Sequence record: NC_019521.1
Reading direction: 5' to 3' (one strand)
DNA length: 64,000 nt
This document shows positions 26,586 to 35,705 of this stretch, in pieces. The notes below the pieces were generated by a model. The model was not told the origin of the DNA. It did not search any database and saw only the letters and a list, made by a program, of their open reading frames with translations. Positions within the stretch are counted from its first letter, which is position 1. Each line of letters starts with the position of its first letter. Made by a program: the position numbers and the translations under genes.

Positions 26586-27842
26586 ATGAAAAAATCACAA
26601 GAATTATTGAATTCGTTATATGAATCGTTGGAAAATGCTACAACCGTTTCTATATCGGGTCAACAAATACAAAATAGTGCATTGAAAGCTGAACGATCGT
26701 TTAATGCTTTTAATGAAGTGTTAGCTAAAACACTTAATGAAAGTCATGACGACGGTTTAAATGCTTGGGCTAATGAAGTTGTTACATCAACTGACGTAAA
26801 CGATAAAGTTCTTGTTAACTTTAACTCAGTAATGGAACGTTTACAAACTGAATCAGAAGATTTACAAAATGCTGTAGCAGCAAGTACTTACGATGATCTG
26901 GAATATCTTACAAATCTTGACGGAAATGGATTAGTTTCAGCTATTACTAATGGAGCTTTGAAAGATTACGGATGGGTTCCAGAATTCGAAGAACTTAATC
27001 TAATGTTAACAGAAAACAAAGGATTGAAAGGTTCTACGAATTTAAGTGAAAATACTGTAATGTATTCACCTTTCTCAATGATCTGTGAGAATAACGAAAG
27101 CGGTTTACCTGTAGTTCGTATTAAGAATAAGAATTACGCGATTGGTAAAACTGGTCGTTTGTTTGAAGCTGAAGCAAGTGCTGAAGCTGATGCTGTTAAT
27201 AACGCAATCGAAAACATTCTTTACAATGACGAAAAGGATCAATGGGAATTAGAATCTCCTGTTGGAATGATTACAATATCTCCATATGAAAAATGTATTC
27301 GTTTAAATGGTGATTCTATGTCATGTGAAGAACTTAAGGAATCGTTAAGTGATGCTGTTAAATCGGAAGATTCTGTATTGACATTACAAGATACAGAATT
27401 ATTGGATGATGTAATTCATATCGTTGATAATATCGATGATATAGCAATTCTTGATCAAGTAACGATTTTTGAAAATCTTGTAGATCGCACAAATCTTGTA
27501 ATTTACCCTAACGAATCTGGAACAGAAGTTTCAGTTATCGAAGATGGTGAAGTAAAATACGCTGATAACTTTGAAGATGTTATCGAATATGCTCATGAGG
27601 AATTCAATGCTTCTAAAGCTAAACTTAACGAAGTGTATTCTAAACAGTTGAAAGCTAAAGCTCTATTCGAATCAAAGCTTAATGAAGAAAACGAAATCGA
27701 TTCCGAAACTAAAGAGGAATTAGAAAAATCACTTCTTGAAGTAGATGAAGAATTAGCATTAGTTGACGCTGACTCTGAAGCTGCAGAAGCTCTTATTGAA
27801 GTTCGTAATACAATCGTATCTGAGCTTGGAAAACTAAACTAA
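26586..27842 (+). CDS. Acidic prohead core-like protein with many L-x-E motifs
   Basis: 418 aa, late box at 26542, starts MKKSQELLNSLYES. Contains LNE x3, LFE x2, LTE, LSE, LKE. Confidence 0.55.
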   Translation: MKKSQELLNSLYESLENATTVSISGQQIQNSALKAERSFNAFNEVLAKTLNESHDDGLNAWANEVVTSTDVNDKVLVNFNSVMERLQTESEDLQNAVAASTYDDLEYLTNLDGNGLVSAITNGALKDYGWVPEFEELNLMLTENKGLKGSTNLSENTVMYSPFSMICENNESGLPVVRIKNKNYAIGKTGRLFEAEASAEADAVNNAIENILYNDEKDQWELESPVGMITISPYEKCIRLNGDSMSCEELKESLSDAVKSEDSVLTLQDTELLDDVIHIVDNIDDIAILDQVTIFENLVDRTNLVIYPNESGTEVSVIEDGEVKYADNFEDVIEYAHEEFNASKAKLNEVYSKQLKAKALFESKLNEENEIDSETKEELEKSLLEVDEELALVDADSEAAEALIEVRNTIVSELGKLN

Positions 27843-27850
27843 ACAATTTT

Positions 27851-27878
27851 GACAGACGTTTCAATTGAAACGTCTGTC
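27851..27878. terminator. 28-bp perfect palindrome / terminator
   Basis: GACAGACGTTTCAA|TTGAAACGTCTGTC, then TTTATTT. Confidence 0.7.
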
Positions 27879-27893
27879 TTTATTTATCGAAAC

Positions 27894-28316
27894 ATGACCA
27901 ACCAAAACAATATTTTAAATGAGTTGTTCAATTCTTCCGACAGGAAAATCAAAATAGCTCAGAACAAAAAGAATTTCTATGTAAATAACGATGAGTTACA
28001 TAATGAAATCGTTAAATGTAAAAAGCTTGATGAATGCTCACCTAAACTAGCAGCCATGTTCAAGAAACTAGCATATCGTGTTTCATTCATGCCAGCATTT
28101 AGATATGATAATGAAGACGATCGTAATGATTGTGTTCAACATGCTATTCTAGTAATGATGACAAATTTCAGAGACTTCGATGAAACTAGAGGTACTCAAG
28201 CCTTTTCATTCTTTACAACAACAGCTATGAACGGTTTAAGAGCTGGATGGAACGTTATCAAAAAGAATTCGAAAAACACAATTCGATTCGATATGATATT
28301 TAACGAATCTGTTTAA
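27894..28316 (+). CDS. gp55: Late transcription sigma factor (T4 gp55-like)
   Basis: YVNNDELHNEI, LAYRVSF..FRY, DCVQHAI, FDETRGTQAFSFFTT. TTG 27849 lies in a palindrome, so ATG 27894 is chosen. Confidence 0.8.
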   Translation: MTNQNNILNELFNSSDRKIKIAQNKKNFYVNNDELHNEIVKCKKLDECSPKLAAMFKKLAYRVSFMPAFRYDNEDDRNDCVQHAILVMMTNFRDFDETRGTQAFSFFTTTAMNGLRAGWNVIKKNSKNTIRFDMIFNESV

Positions 28317-28326
28317 ACTTATCGAA

Positions 28327-28569
28327 ATGGAAAAACAATGGATTAAACTGACCTTTCAGAAACCATATTCTAAATGTTTCGAAAATCTGTATTTATCTGA
28401 AACTTTAGGAAATACAAAGATTTATAGAAGCTTATCAGGTGATATGATGTTGATAATGGAATCTGAAGAACTTTATGTACTTTATATTAGTGATAAACGT
28501 TCAAGTAATTACAGACCACCTAGAAAGGCTACTGGTTCTGAATTACCGATAAAGATAGAAAAACTTTAA
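28327..28569 (+). CDS. Hypothetical protein
   Basis: 80-aa ORF in the operon after the sigma gene. Confidence 0.55.
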   Translation: MEKQWIKLTFQKPYSKCFENLYLSETLGNTKIYRSLSGDMMLIMESEELYVLYISDKRSSNYRPPRKATGSELPIKIEKL

Positions 28570-28572
28570 AAA

Positions 28573-28617
28573 CGAAACCCTTGGAAACTGAAACTTCTGA
28601 GGGTTTCGTAGTACTAT
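28573..28617 (+). promoter_or_regulatory. Hairpin-embedded promoter GAAACT-N16-TACTAT (repeat copy 1)
   Basis: CGAAACCCT/AGGGTTTCG arms enclose GAAACT at 28590. Confidence 0.7.
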
Positions 28618-28663
28618 ACATTTATAAATAAATGGATTCCGTTACAAAGTAACGTATATAAAT

Positions 28664-29470
28664 ATGAAAACTATAAGTCAATTATACGAAGGTGTATCAA
28701 ATGAATTAGTATTTAATTTTGATCAAGACTCAGAATCTGATATCATATTATTGAATACTGGTTTGAAGAAATCTGATATGTTTGATTCAGTATTTCATTT
28801 TTCTTACGAATTTACAGATAAAGCTAGTTCATCTGACAGAACTAAGTTCTTTAACGAATTTAGATTTGGTGCTAATATAAGTAAAACTGACAGTAATAGA
28901 TTTATTTCTACAGCTATATCAAGATTAGATAAAGAAATAGATTTAAGGAAATTCGACGCTATAGTTTTACCTAGATCAAGGTCTGAAATCAATTCAAGAA
29001 TGCTAAAATTCATTACTAGAACATCAAGAATTAAACCTTTCAGTTTTGAACTAGTCAAAAAACAAACATCTGACATTAATTTCGACATAGATCGATTTAC
29101 TGACGAAGTATTGAATTCGACTGTTATGATGGGTTCGAAAGAAAGACCTAGATATACCGATAAACAAAAATCTGAAGCTTTACAAAAAATGAAAAACATT
29201 ATAGATTCTGTTAGAAAGTCTGATTATTTCAGTATAGCTGAATCTATCAAAACTAATAAACTAAAAGAATATGTTGAGGAATTCTTAGAATTTGAAAACG
29301 AAGAATCTAAAAATACTTACGAAAAATTAAAAGATAAGAACATTCTAGTAATCGATGATGTTACGACAACAGGTTCTACGATAATCGAAATAATCAAAAC
29401 TTTACAAGCTGTAAACAGATCAAATAAGATAGTTATCTTTTCGTTAATAGGTAAACCAAATCTTATGTAA
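28664..29470 (+). CDS. Type I phosphoribosyltransferase-fold protein carrying the MKTISQLYE leader
   Basis: PRPP-binding loop ILVIDDVTTTGSTI plus the N-terminal shared tag. Confidence 0.75.
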   Translation: MKTISQLYEGVSNELVFNFDQDSESDIILLNTGLKKSDMFDSVFHFSYEFTDKASSSDRTKFFNEFRFGANISKTDSNRFISTAISRLDKEIDLRKFDAIVLPRSRSEINSRMLKFITRTSRIKPFSFELVKKQTSDINFDIDRFTDEVLNSTVMMGSKERPRYTDKQKSEALQKMKNIIDSVRKSDYFSIAESIKTNKLKEYVEEFLEFENEESKNTYEKLKDKNILVIDDVTTTGSTIIEIIKTLQAVNRSNKIVIFSLIGKPNLM

Positions 29471-29476
29471 AAATAA

Positions 29477-29519
29477 AAACCCTCGGAAACTGAAACTTTC
29501 GAGGGTTTCGTAGTATAAT
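29477..29519 (+). promoter_or_regulatory. Hairpin-embedded promoter GAAACT-N16-TATAAT (repeat copy 2)
   Basis: AAACCCTCG/CGAGGGTTT arms. Confidence 0.7.
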
Positions 29520-29594
29520 TACTTTATATAAATAAAGTAATTCGATTCGTTTAGAATCTATATACTTATTAATAAATCTTTAAATTATACTTAT

Positions 29595-30020
29595 ATGTCA
29601 ACTTTAAAACAACTTTCGAACCCACTTAAATTAAAAGGTAAATCTCACAAAGCGATTTACGATATCAATTACCAAATCAATAAAGGAATCGTAACACCTA
29701 ATAATCTTTCTGATATTACAGAAGATACTAAAGAAATCAATTTCAGATCAGGTGCTGACGATGTAAGAAATGCTACAGTTTTCGAAAATGATAGAATCGT
29801 TAGTTCTTGTGATGTAGGGCGTGGTTTATATCTTACTGAAGATGGAATAGCTTATCTTGTTTCACCTTACTGGGTTTGGGATTCACTTTTACGTGATAGT
29901 ATCAGAAATCATAACTTATCAAGAACTGAAATCCTTGAAATGGTTGAAGCTAATTGTTCAGCTAAAGGTACAATTTCTGGTAAAGTTATTACAATTACTC
30001 ACATCAATACTTCAAACTAA
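29595..30020 (+). CDS. Hypothetical early protein
   Basis: 141 aa downstream of the hairpin promoter at 29492. Confidence 0.6.
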   Translation: MSTLKQLSNPLKLKGKSHKAIYDINYQINKGIVTPNNLSDITEDTKEINFRSGADDVRNATVFENDRIVSSCDVGRGLYLTEDGIAYLVSPYWVWDSLLRDSIRNHNLSRTEILEMVEANCSAKGTISGKVITITHINTSN

Positions 30021-30538
30021 TGAAAACTTTATATAGCACACTCTTAGATGTTCTTTCAGAAACAAAAATGTTCGAACATGCTATGGACCGAAAATTCGTA
30101 CTGAACAGAATATTTAACAATAGTCAAAATCTAGTTAATCATTTATTGAAAACTATATTTTTTCCAAACGATTATTCTGTAAATCATTGGGAAGATGAAG
30201 TAGTAAATGTCATTGAAAAACATGTGATTGGTTTAGTTAAATCAAAGGTATCTGCTAAACAGTACTACGAATTTTTGATAGCGAAACAATATTCAAAAGG
30301 TAAAAACTTATCGATTGATGAGATTTATCGATTATTTAGAGTACATTTAAAAACTGAATATACTGAACAGTATATGAAAGATTTCGATTCACTTAAATCG
30401 GAATATTCTAGTATCATTTTGGAGAATCTTAAAAACTTCTTTACAGAATTATCAGAACTGTTAGAAACTAAAAACACAAAAATAACAGAATCTGAACTTG
30501 TTAACTTAACTAAGGCGTTCAATTCGATCAAGGAATAA
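30020..30538 (+). CDS. DUF29-like helical protein with variant leader MKTLYSTLLDVLSE
   Basis: NLVNHLLKTIFFP...NHWEDEV resembles the DUF29 L..HLLK....P.....W pattern. Confidence 0.45.
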   Translation: MKTLYSTLLDVLSETKMFEHAMDRKFVLNRIFNNSQNLVNHLLKTIFFPNDYSVNHWEDEVVNVIEKHVIGLVKSKVSAKQYYEFLIAKQYSKGKNLSIDEIYRLFRVHLKTEYTEQYMKDFDSLKSEYSSIILENLKNFFTELSELLETKNTKITESELVNLTKAFNSIKE

Positions 30539-30543
30539 TATTT

Positions 30544-31101
30544 ATGAAAACATTGACATTATCCGACTTCTTGAAAGAAAATCATTTCGATTTAGAAGTA
30601 CATAATCCGATTCATATCACTCCATATAATCTTCTTAGAAAGAATACGAAACTAGATTTCGATGTAATAGTTTTCGGTGTACCTTTACAACGTACAGTAG
30701 TTTGGAAAGAATATCAAAAACAAGAATTGATTCTAACGCTACTGAAAGGTCAGGAAATTCCTGAAATCTATGCTATTTGTCAATGCCATTACGATAAATC
30801 AGATAAAGTATATCAGATAATTGACGGTAAGCAAAGACTTACAACTATTCTAGATTTCATGGAAAATAAGTTTCCGATTCAATTCGGTAACGATTTGTTC
30901 ATGTACGATCATTTGGATGAACATTTACAGAGACGTATTTGGAATTGTTCTTTAAGAATGTCAATTGTCTATGAATATCCTGATACTATCGTTTCAGATA
31001 TTGACAAAATCAAATGGTTCAATCTTCTTAATTTCTCAGGTACTTTACAAAGTCATCAACATGAGAAAATGCTAAAAACGTTAATTAACGAAAATCAGTA
31101 A
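30544..31101 (+). CDS. Stand-alone DUF262 (GmrSD N-terminal/ParB-like) protein
   Basis: LQRTVVW...QKQELILTLLKGQEIP and IIDGKQRLTTI motifs. Confidence 0.8.
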   Translation: MKTLTLSDFLKENHFDLEVHNPIHITPYNLLRKNTKLDFDVIVFGVPLQRTVVWKEYQKQELILTLLKGQEIPEIYAICQCHYDKSDKVYQIIDGKQRLTTILDFMENKFPIQFGNDLFMYDHLDEHLQRRIWNCSLRMSIVYEYPDTIVSDIDKIKWFNLLNFSGTLQSHQHEKMLKTLINENQ

Positions 31102-31103
31102 AT

Positions 31104-31736
31104 ATGAAACTAGATCATAAAATATTCGATATTTTACATACGATAAACCTACCTATCAGAAAAGGTCTTTCTTATACCCCGAAAGACTTAATGGATGAAG
31201 ATTACTATGAAATCGATTTCGATGTAAAGTTATCAGATGGTTACAATTTACAAAGACCATTGGTTTGGAGCTATGTTCAAAAATCTGAATTGATACTTTC
31301 GATTCTGAAAGGTATTCAGTTACCTAATCTTTCAGTAATCATGAGTGAAACTGAAGAATATGTAACTAAAGTCTCCAACAAAAAGCTATTGAAAGTAATT
31401 GACGGTAAACAAAGACTTTCTACAATATTCGAATTTATTAGAGGTGAGTTTAATATCTATATTCCTGAATTGGAGGAAGCGTTACCTTCATTTAGTTTTC
31501 GAGAACTTGATGAAAAACTTCAAAGACGTATTCTTAACGCTCATCTAAGATTAGATATAGTTTACGAACATCCAGCTGATCCTGAATCAATAGTGTCAGA
31601 TATCGAATTAATCAAATGGTTTAGACTTATTAACTTCTCTGGAACTGAACAGGAAGCTGCTCATAACTTCCATCTTAATCGTAGACTATCTACACTAGTT
31701 TACGAAAGGAATCAACAAACAACTCATAAACGTTAA
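31104..31736 (+). CDS. Stand-alone DUF262 protein, paralogue of the upstream gene
   Basis: LQRPLVW...QKSELILSILKGIQLP, VIDGKQRLSTI, and shared IKWFxLxNFSGT. Confidence 0.8.
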   Translation: MKLDHKIFDILHTINLPIRKGLSYTPKDLMDEDYYEIDFDVKLSDGYNLQRPLVWSYVQKSELILSILKGIQLPNLSVIMSETEEYVTKVSNKKLLKVIDGKQRLSTIFEFIRGEFNIYIPELEEALPSFSFRELDEKLQRRILNAHLRLDIVYEHPADPESIVSDIELIKWFRLINFSGTEQEAAHNFHLNRRLSTLVYERNQQTTHKR

Positions 31737-31739
31737 ATT

Positions 31740-32795
31740 ATGGAAAACAAAGGATTCTTAAAACTAAAGAAACGCATACCGTTTAAACCTCAAACTGTTG
31801 ACAAATATGGTGATTTCGATTTGAAGGAAACGGAACAATCGATAAAACAAGTTTCGTTACTTGGTCTAAATTCTGATACTTCAGTAGTTTATTTTTCTGA
31901 CGAAATCGACAGGAACTTATCAAATACTAATATTGGAATGTATAATCATGTACGAAATACATTAATAGTTAATAATTCTAATACAGTATATTTCATATCT
32001 TCTAAAATGGAAAACAGTTACGAATTTTTCCGGAATACTGATTTAACTGAAGATATTCTTATGAATGTTTCATACGCTATTGGTACAATTAAAGATTCCA
32101 AAATCTTCATAACTCATGTTAAAGAAAGAATCAAACGAAATCAGAATTTGAAAATAGTAGCTGGTGGTTGTTATTATCTATCGAATAAAGAAAGTACTAA
32201 CATATTGCTTTACAAAACTGGACATCATTGGGATCAAGAAAGATTAGTAGACCCTGTAACAAAATACGAATGGCGAAAGGACGGTAGAAATACTATTCCT
32301 GGAAATCAATTGTACGATTTAGCTGATTATCATGAAAAGTTCAATGAAAATTACGAATGGATTATGATAATGTGTGCAGCTGCTTATTATATTCATGGAT
32401 GGTGTTTCAGAAATATATTCACAGAATACGATTGGGTTACTAAAAATCGTAAACATATTTATTATGGTGAACATGGTCAATACGAACCGCGTGAAAAAGA
32501 AACTGTTAAGTATCATGAGATTCTATCATGGTCTACAAAAAGTAAACAAGATATAGTTTCAGAACTTCGTTTAAGATGTCAAGAAATATTTGTTAAGAAG
32601 CATGCTAAATGGAAAGCTAAACCTTATACAGAAGCAGGTGGTGAATGTGGAATATATTCGATTCAAGAACCAACTAATCCAGCAAAATCTTGGAAGATTT
32701 TAGAAATCGGTCTGAAATACGATGTGAACTACGTAAAACCTGAAAAGGTTAAAACAGAACATGACGTAAGTAATATAGAAATGTTTAAAGTTTAA
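31740..32795 (+). CDS. Hypothetical protein
   Basis: 351-aa ORF in the early operon. Confidence 0.65.
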   Translation: MENKGFLKLKKRIPFKPQTVDKYGDFDLKETEQSIKQVSLLGLNSDTSVVYFSDEIDRNLSNTNIGMYNHVRNTLIVNNSNTVYFISSKMENSYEFFRNTDLTEDILMNVSYAIGTIKDSKIFITHVKERIKRNQNLKIVAGGCYYLSNKESTNILLYKTGHHWDQERLVDPVTKYEWRKDGRNTIPGNQLYDLADYHEKFNENYEWIMIMCAAAYYIHGWCFRNIFTEYDWVTKNRKHIYYGEHGQYEPREKETVKYHEILSWSTKSKQDIVSELRLRCQEIFVKKHAKWKAKPYTEAGGECGIYSIQEPTNPAKSWKILEIGLKYDVNYVKPEKVKTEHDVSNIEMFKV

Positions 32796-32805
32796 TACAG
32801 TAACT

Positions 32806-32833
32806 GAAACTTTTGACATAATCGTAGTACTAT
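32806..32833 (+). promoter_or_regulatory. Early/middle promoter GAAACT-N16-TACTAT
   Basis: Preceded by GTAACT as at 54734 and 56151. Confidence 0.7.
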
Positions 32834-32861
32834 TCTTTTAATACAAAAAATACTTTCAATT

Positions 32862-33146
32862 ATGACAAACTTATTCAGTCTTACAGAAAAAGAAATTCAG
32901 TTCTTAGAAGCTTTCACTCAATCAGACTTCTTCGAAGAAGGGATCGATTCAGTAGTATGGGATTATTCAGTACATGATAATCTTCCATATTCTGGAAAAA
33001 CTCGTTCGGGTGTAATTTCATCACTTTCCCAGAAAAACGTATTAGTTGTTTCACTCAAAGAAAAAGGTGAAATTGCTGGAACTTATCACTTAACTAAAGA
33101 AGCAAAAACTTGCGAATTAATCCAATCGATATGCAACAGAAACTAA
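32862..33146 (+). CDS. Hypothetical early protein (possible winged helix)
   Basis: 94 aa after promoter 32806. Contains SGKTRSGVISSLSQKN..V. Confidence 0.6.
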   Translation: MTNLFSLTEKEIQFLEAFTQSDFFEEGIDSVVWDYSVHDNLPYSGKTRSGVISSLSQKNVLVVSLKEKGEIAGTYHLTKEAKTCELIQSICNRN

Positions 33147-33763
33147 ATGAACTTTTAAAGTCTTCTGAACATATTGTTCAGAAGACTTTCGATATAGAAT
33201 TGAAACATAGATTACGTTTCGATAAAAATGGTGACGTAACTATCAGATTCTATACAGAACTAAAGGATCGTAAACATCATCAATATTCTTCACCTAGATT
33301 ACTTGACGATAGTAAGCATTTAGAAATTTCGAAACATTTAGAAAGTTTCGCAAAGGGTGTGAATCTTTATAAAGATTCTGTTACTAAGTTCTTAAAATCT
33401 GAAGAAATCGGATGGAATCCTTTCAAGGAAGATAAAACTTCAAAGTCTGGGAAAGCTTTGAACATGAAAGTAAATATCTATGAACTTGGTACAATGGTAG
33501 ATATTACTTGGTGCAAAGTTTTCAAGTATAAAGATGAACTTAACGAAGCTCAAAGATTGATACGAGATAAGATGGAAGAAATGAAAGTAGGTACTTCGTA
33601 CGTTTCACGTCTAACCGGATTATCTGAACGCTTTATCAAATCTCAATTAGATGGTACTGATAAAAAATTATCTATAGATGATGCTATCAAGTTTTCATCT
33701 ATTCTAAGAATTAACGTTGAACATCTTTTATCAGCTCAAAATGTCAAAATTACTGCATCCTAA
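33131..33763 (+). CDS. Protein with C-terminal XRE-like helix-turn-helix
   Basis: MEEMKVGTSYVSRLTGLSERFIKSQLDG..KLSIDDAIKFSSILRINVEHLL. ATG 33131 preferred over TTG 33110. Confidence 0.6.
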   Translation: MQQKLNELLKSSEHIVQKTFDIELKHRLRFDKNGDVTIRFYTELKDRKHHQYSSPRLLDDSKHLEISKHLESFAKGVNLYKDSVTKFLKSEEIGWNPFKEDKTSKSGKALNMKVNIYELGTMVDITWCKVFKYKDELNEAQRLIRDKMEEMKVGTSYVSRLTGLSERFIKSQLDGTDKKLSIDDAIKFSSILRINVEHLLSAQNVKITAS

Positions 33764-33959
33764 AATAGTTAAGAGTATCGAATCTTGTGAAACTTACGAT
33801 CAGCTTACTAACTGTATTAACTTTACTAATTGTATCGATCCTGAATTATATTCGATACTATTAACTATGATTTCGAATAAATCTAGAGAGTTACGACTTA
33901 GAGATTTAGATGAACATGTTTCAGAAATGAAACGTATAAACAAGAAACTAAATGACTAG
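33741..33959 (+). CDS. Hypothetical protein
   Basis: Short ORF. ATG 33741 preferred. Confidence 0.5.
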   Translation: MSKLLHPKIVKSIESCETYDQLTNCINFTNCIDPELYSILLTMISNKSRELRLRDLDEHVSEMKRINKKLND

Positions 33960-34641
33960 ATACGCTATAGGTGATCCACATGGTAGATATGACGCTTTAG
34001 TTGACTTACTGAAAGCTGTTGATTACAAAGATTTCTTAGATGAATTGTACGTACTTGGTGATATTACTGATTATCATGACGGTGTATTCGAAATCGTAAA
34101 ACTATTGAAATCTATAGGATCGATTAACATTCGTGGAAATCATGATGCAGTATTTAGATATTGGATAAAGTCTGGTAATCATTTGTACAATTGGTCACAT
34201 GGTGGTCAAGGTACTTTGAATTCGTTTAATAAGTCATTCGATTACGATTTCAATTTTCATGATAACATGCTTCATAGAGTTTATGTTCCGAAACATATCG
34301 AACTATTCTATGATAATATGCATGATTACTATCTTACAGAAGATAACATTGTATTATGTCATGCTGGTTGGAATACTGATTATTCGATTCATGGACAAAA
34401 TCCTGACGAGTTCTATAACAATCGTTCAATGTATAAATCAGCTCTAAAGAATCAATTAGACTTATCCTTTCATCCCGATTTAAATCGTGTGTTCATAGGA
34501 CATACAATTACTAAAGATTATAAACCATTTATCTCTGAAAAATTGATTAATCTTGACACAGGTGCTAAACTAGATGATGGGTATCTGACAATCATGAATA
34601 TCGATACTTTAGAATACAAACAATCCAACAAATGGAATTAA
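33952..34641 (+). CDS. Ser/Thr protein phosphatase-like metallophosphoesterase
   Basis: GDPHG, GDITD, GNHD, HAG, GHT, DTG motifs (lambda PP/ApaH family). Confidence 0.9.
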   Translation: MTRYAIGDPHGRYDALVDLLKAVDYKDFLDELYVLGDITDYHDGVFEIVKLLKSIGSINIRGNHDAVFRYWIKSGNHLYNWSHGGQGTLNSFNKSFDYDFNFHDNMLHRVYVPKHIELFYDNMHDYYLTEDNIVLCHAGWNTDYSIHGQNPDEFYNNRSMYKSALKNQLDLSFHPDLNRVFIGHTITKDYKPFISEKLINLDTGAKLDDGYLTIMNIDTLEYKQSNKWN

Positions 34642-34964
34642 GAGAAAATACTTTAAACAGACTTAAAGAAATCATAGCTGAAAATCAGTTAGAAAATCAT
34701 GAACATGTTTTAGAATTAGCATTTTTCATGAAAGGTGAAAATGTCGTAAGTATCAAACGACAAGATGTAATATCTATATGTTCGATAATTAAACCAGTTG
34801 AACATAAGAAATGGGAATTTATGATAAAGTTAGAAGATGGTACAATCATTAGATGTGACTATGCTTGGAACTTTGAAAGATTCATGGTAATTAACGTAAT
34901 CGTTCCAAAGGATATGGACATTTACGAATTTCAAAACTTAAATCAATTGAAACGTGTATTTTAG
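34632..34964 (+). CDS. Hypothetical protein
   Basis: 110 aa, overlapping its neighbours in the operon. Confidence 0.55.
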   Translation: MELRENTLNRLKEIIAENQLENHEHVLELAFFMKGENVVSIKRQDVISICSIIKPVEHKKWEFMIKLEDGTIIRCDYAWNFERFMVINVIVPKDMDIYEFQNLNQLKRVF

Positions 34965-35346
34965 TGAATCTGTAAAAGCTCTTCGAGAAGCTAAGAAATA
35001 TTGTCAAAATCGAATAGAAGAAATTGACAAAGAAATGAAATCATGTCCTAAAGGTAACGTCATTTACAGAGAACTTGACGAAACTAGCGTTTCTGGAAAT
35101 CATTTGTTAAGTTTCGTTTCTAAAACTTGGAAAGGATCACATTTTTCAGAAACTAAATCAGTTTCAGAATCTTTTGCTTTTACTGACGATGAAGAACTAT
35201 TCGATGTATTATCGATAGTTAACGAAATAGGAAATGAACCTAAGTACTTACCTATAGCTAAGATGGAAGCTTTATCAATGATTAAAGATTTAGTTCAGAA
35301 AGACTTAGATTCATTAGACGATTTACTATTTACAGCTTTAGGATAA
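34954..35346 (+). CDS. Hypothetical protein
   Basis: 130 aa with a GTG start overlapping the upstream gene. Confidence 0.55.
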   Translation: MYFSESVKALREAKKYCQNRIEEIDKEMKSCPKGNVIYRELDETSVSGNHLLSFVSKTWKGSHFSETKSVSESFAFTDDEELFDVLSIVNEIGNEPKYLPIAKMEALSMIKDLVQKDLDSLDDLLFTALG

Positions 35347-35351
35347 ATGAC

Positions 35352-35657
35352 ATGATAAAACATATAATTAACATAATCTTCGGTTATCCGAAACCTCCTA
35401 ATGTCGATATATCGAAACTGTTCGAACCTCGTAGAAACTTCTTTGAAATACATAAGATAGAACAATCCATAACTTCAGATTTTGAAATCGATAAGTTAAC
35501 AGATTCTAAAGAAGTTCTGATTAAACGTCTTTCAGAAAACATAGCTAGAGAATTGGTTAATCGTAATCTTATCAATTTGAATACTGAAATAGATTCTAAC
35601 GGATCAAAACCTGTCCATAAAATTACTGCACATCTGGAAGTTATTAAATCCTTATAA
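35352..35657 (+). CDS. Hypothetical protein
   Basis: 101-aa ORF. Confidence 0.55.
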   Translation: MIKHIINIIFGYPKPPNVDISKLFEPRRNFFEIHKIEQSITSDFEIDKLTDSKEVLIKRLSENIARELVNRNLINLNTEIDSNGSKPVHKITAHLEVIKSL

Positions 35658-35668
35658 TGACTTGAAAT

Positions 35669-35676
35669 TATACATA
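35669..35676 (+). promoter_or_regulatory. Late promoter box TATACATA
   Basis: 29 nt before the baseplate operon. Confidence 0.7.
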
Positions 35677-35705
35677 CCTTAATACTAATAAATCCGTATT
35701 AAGGT

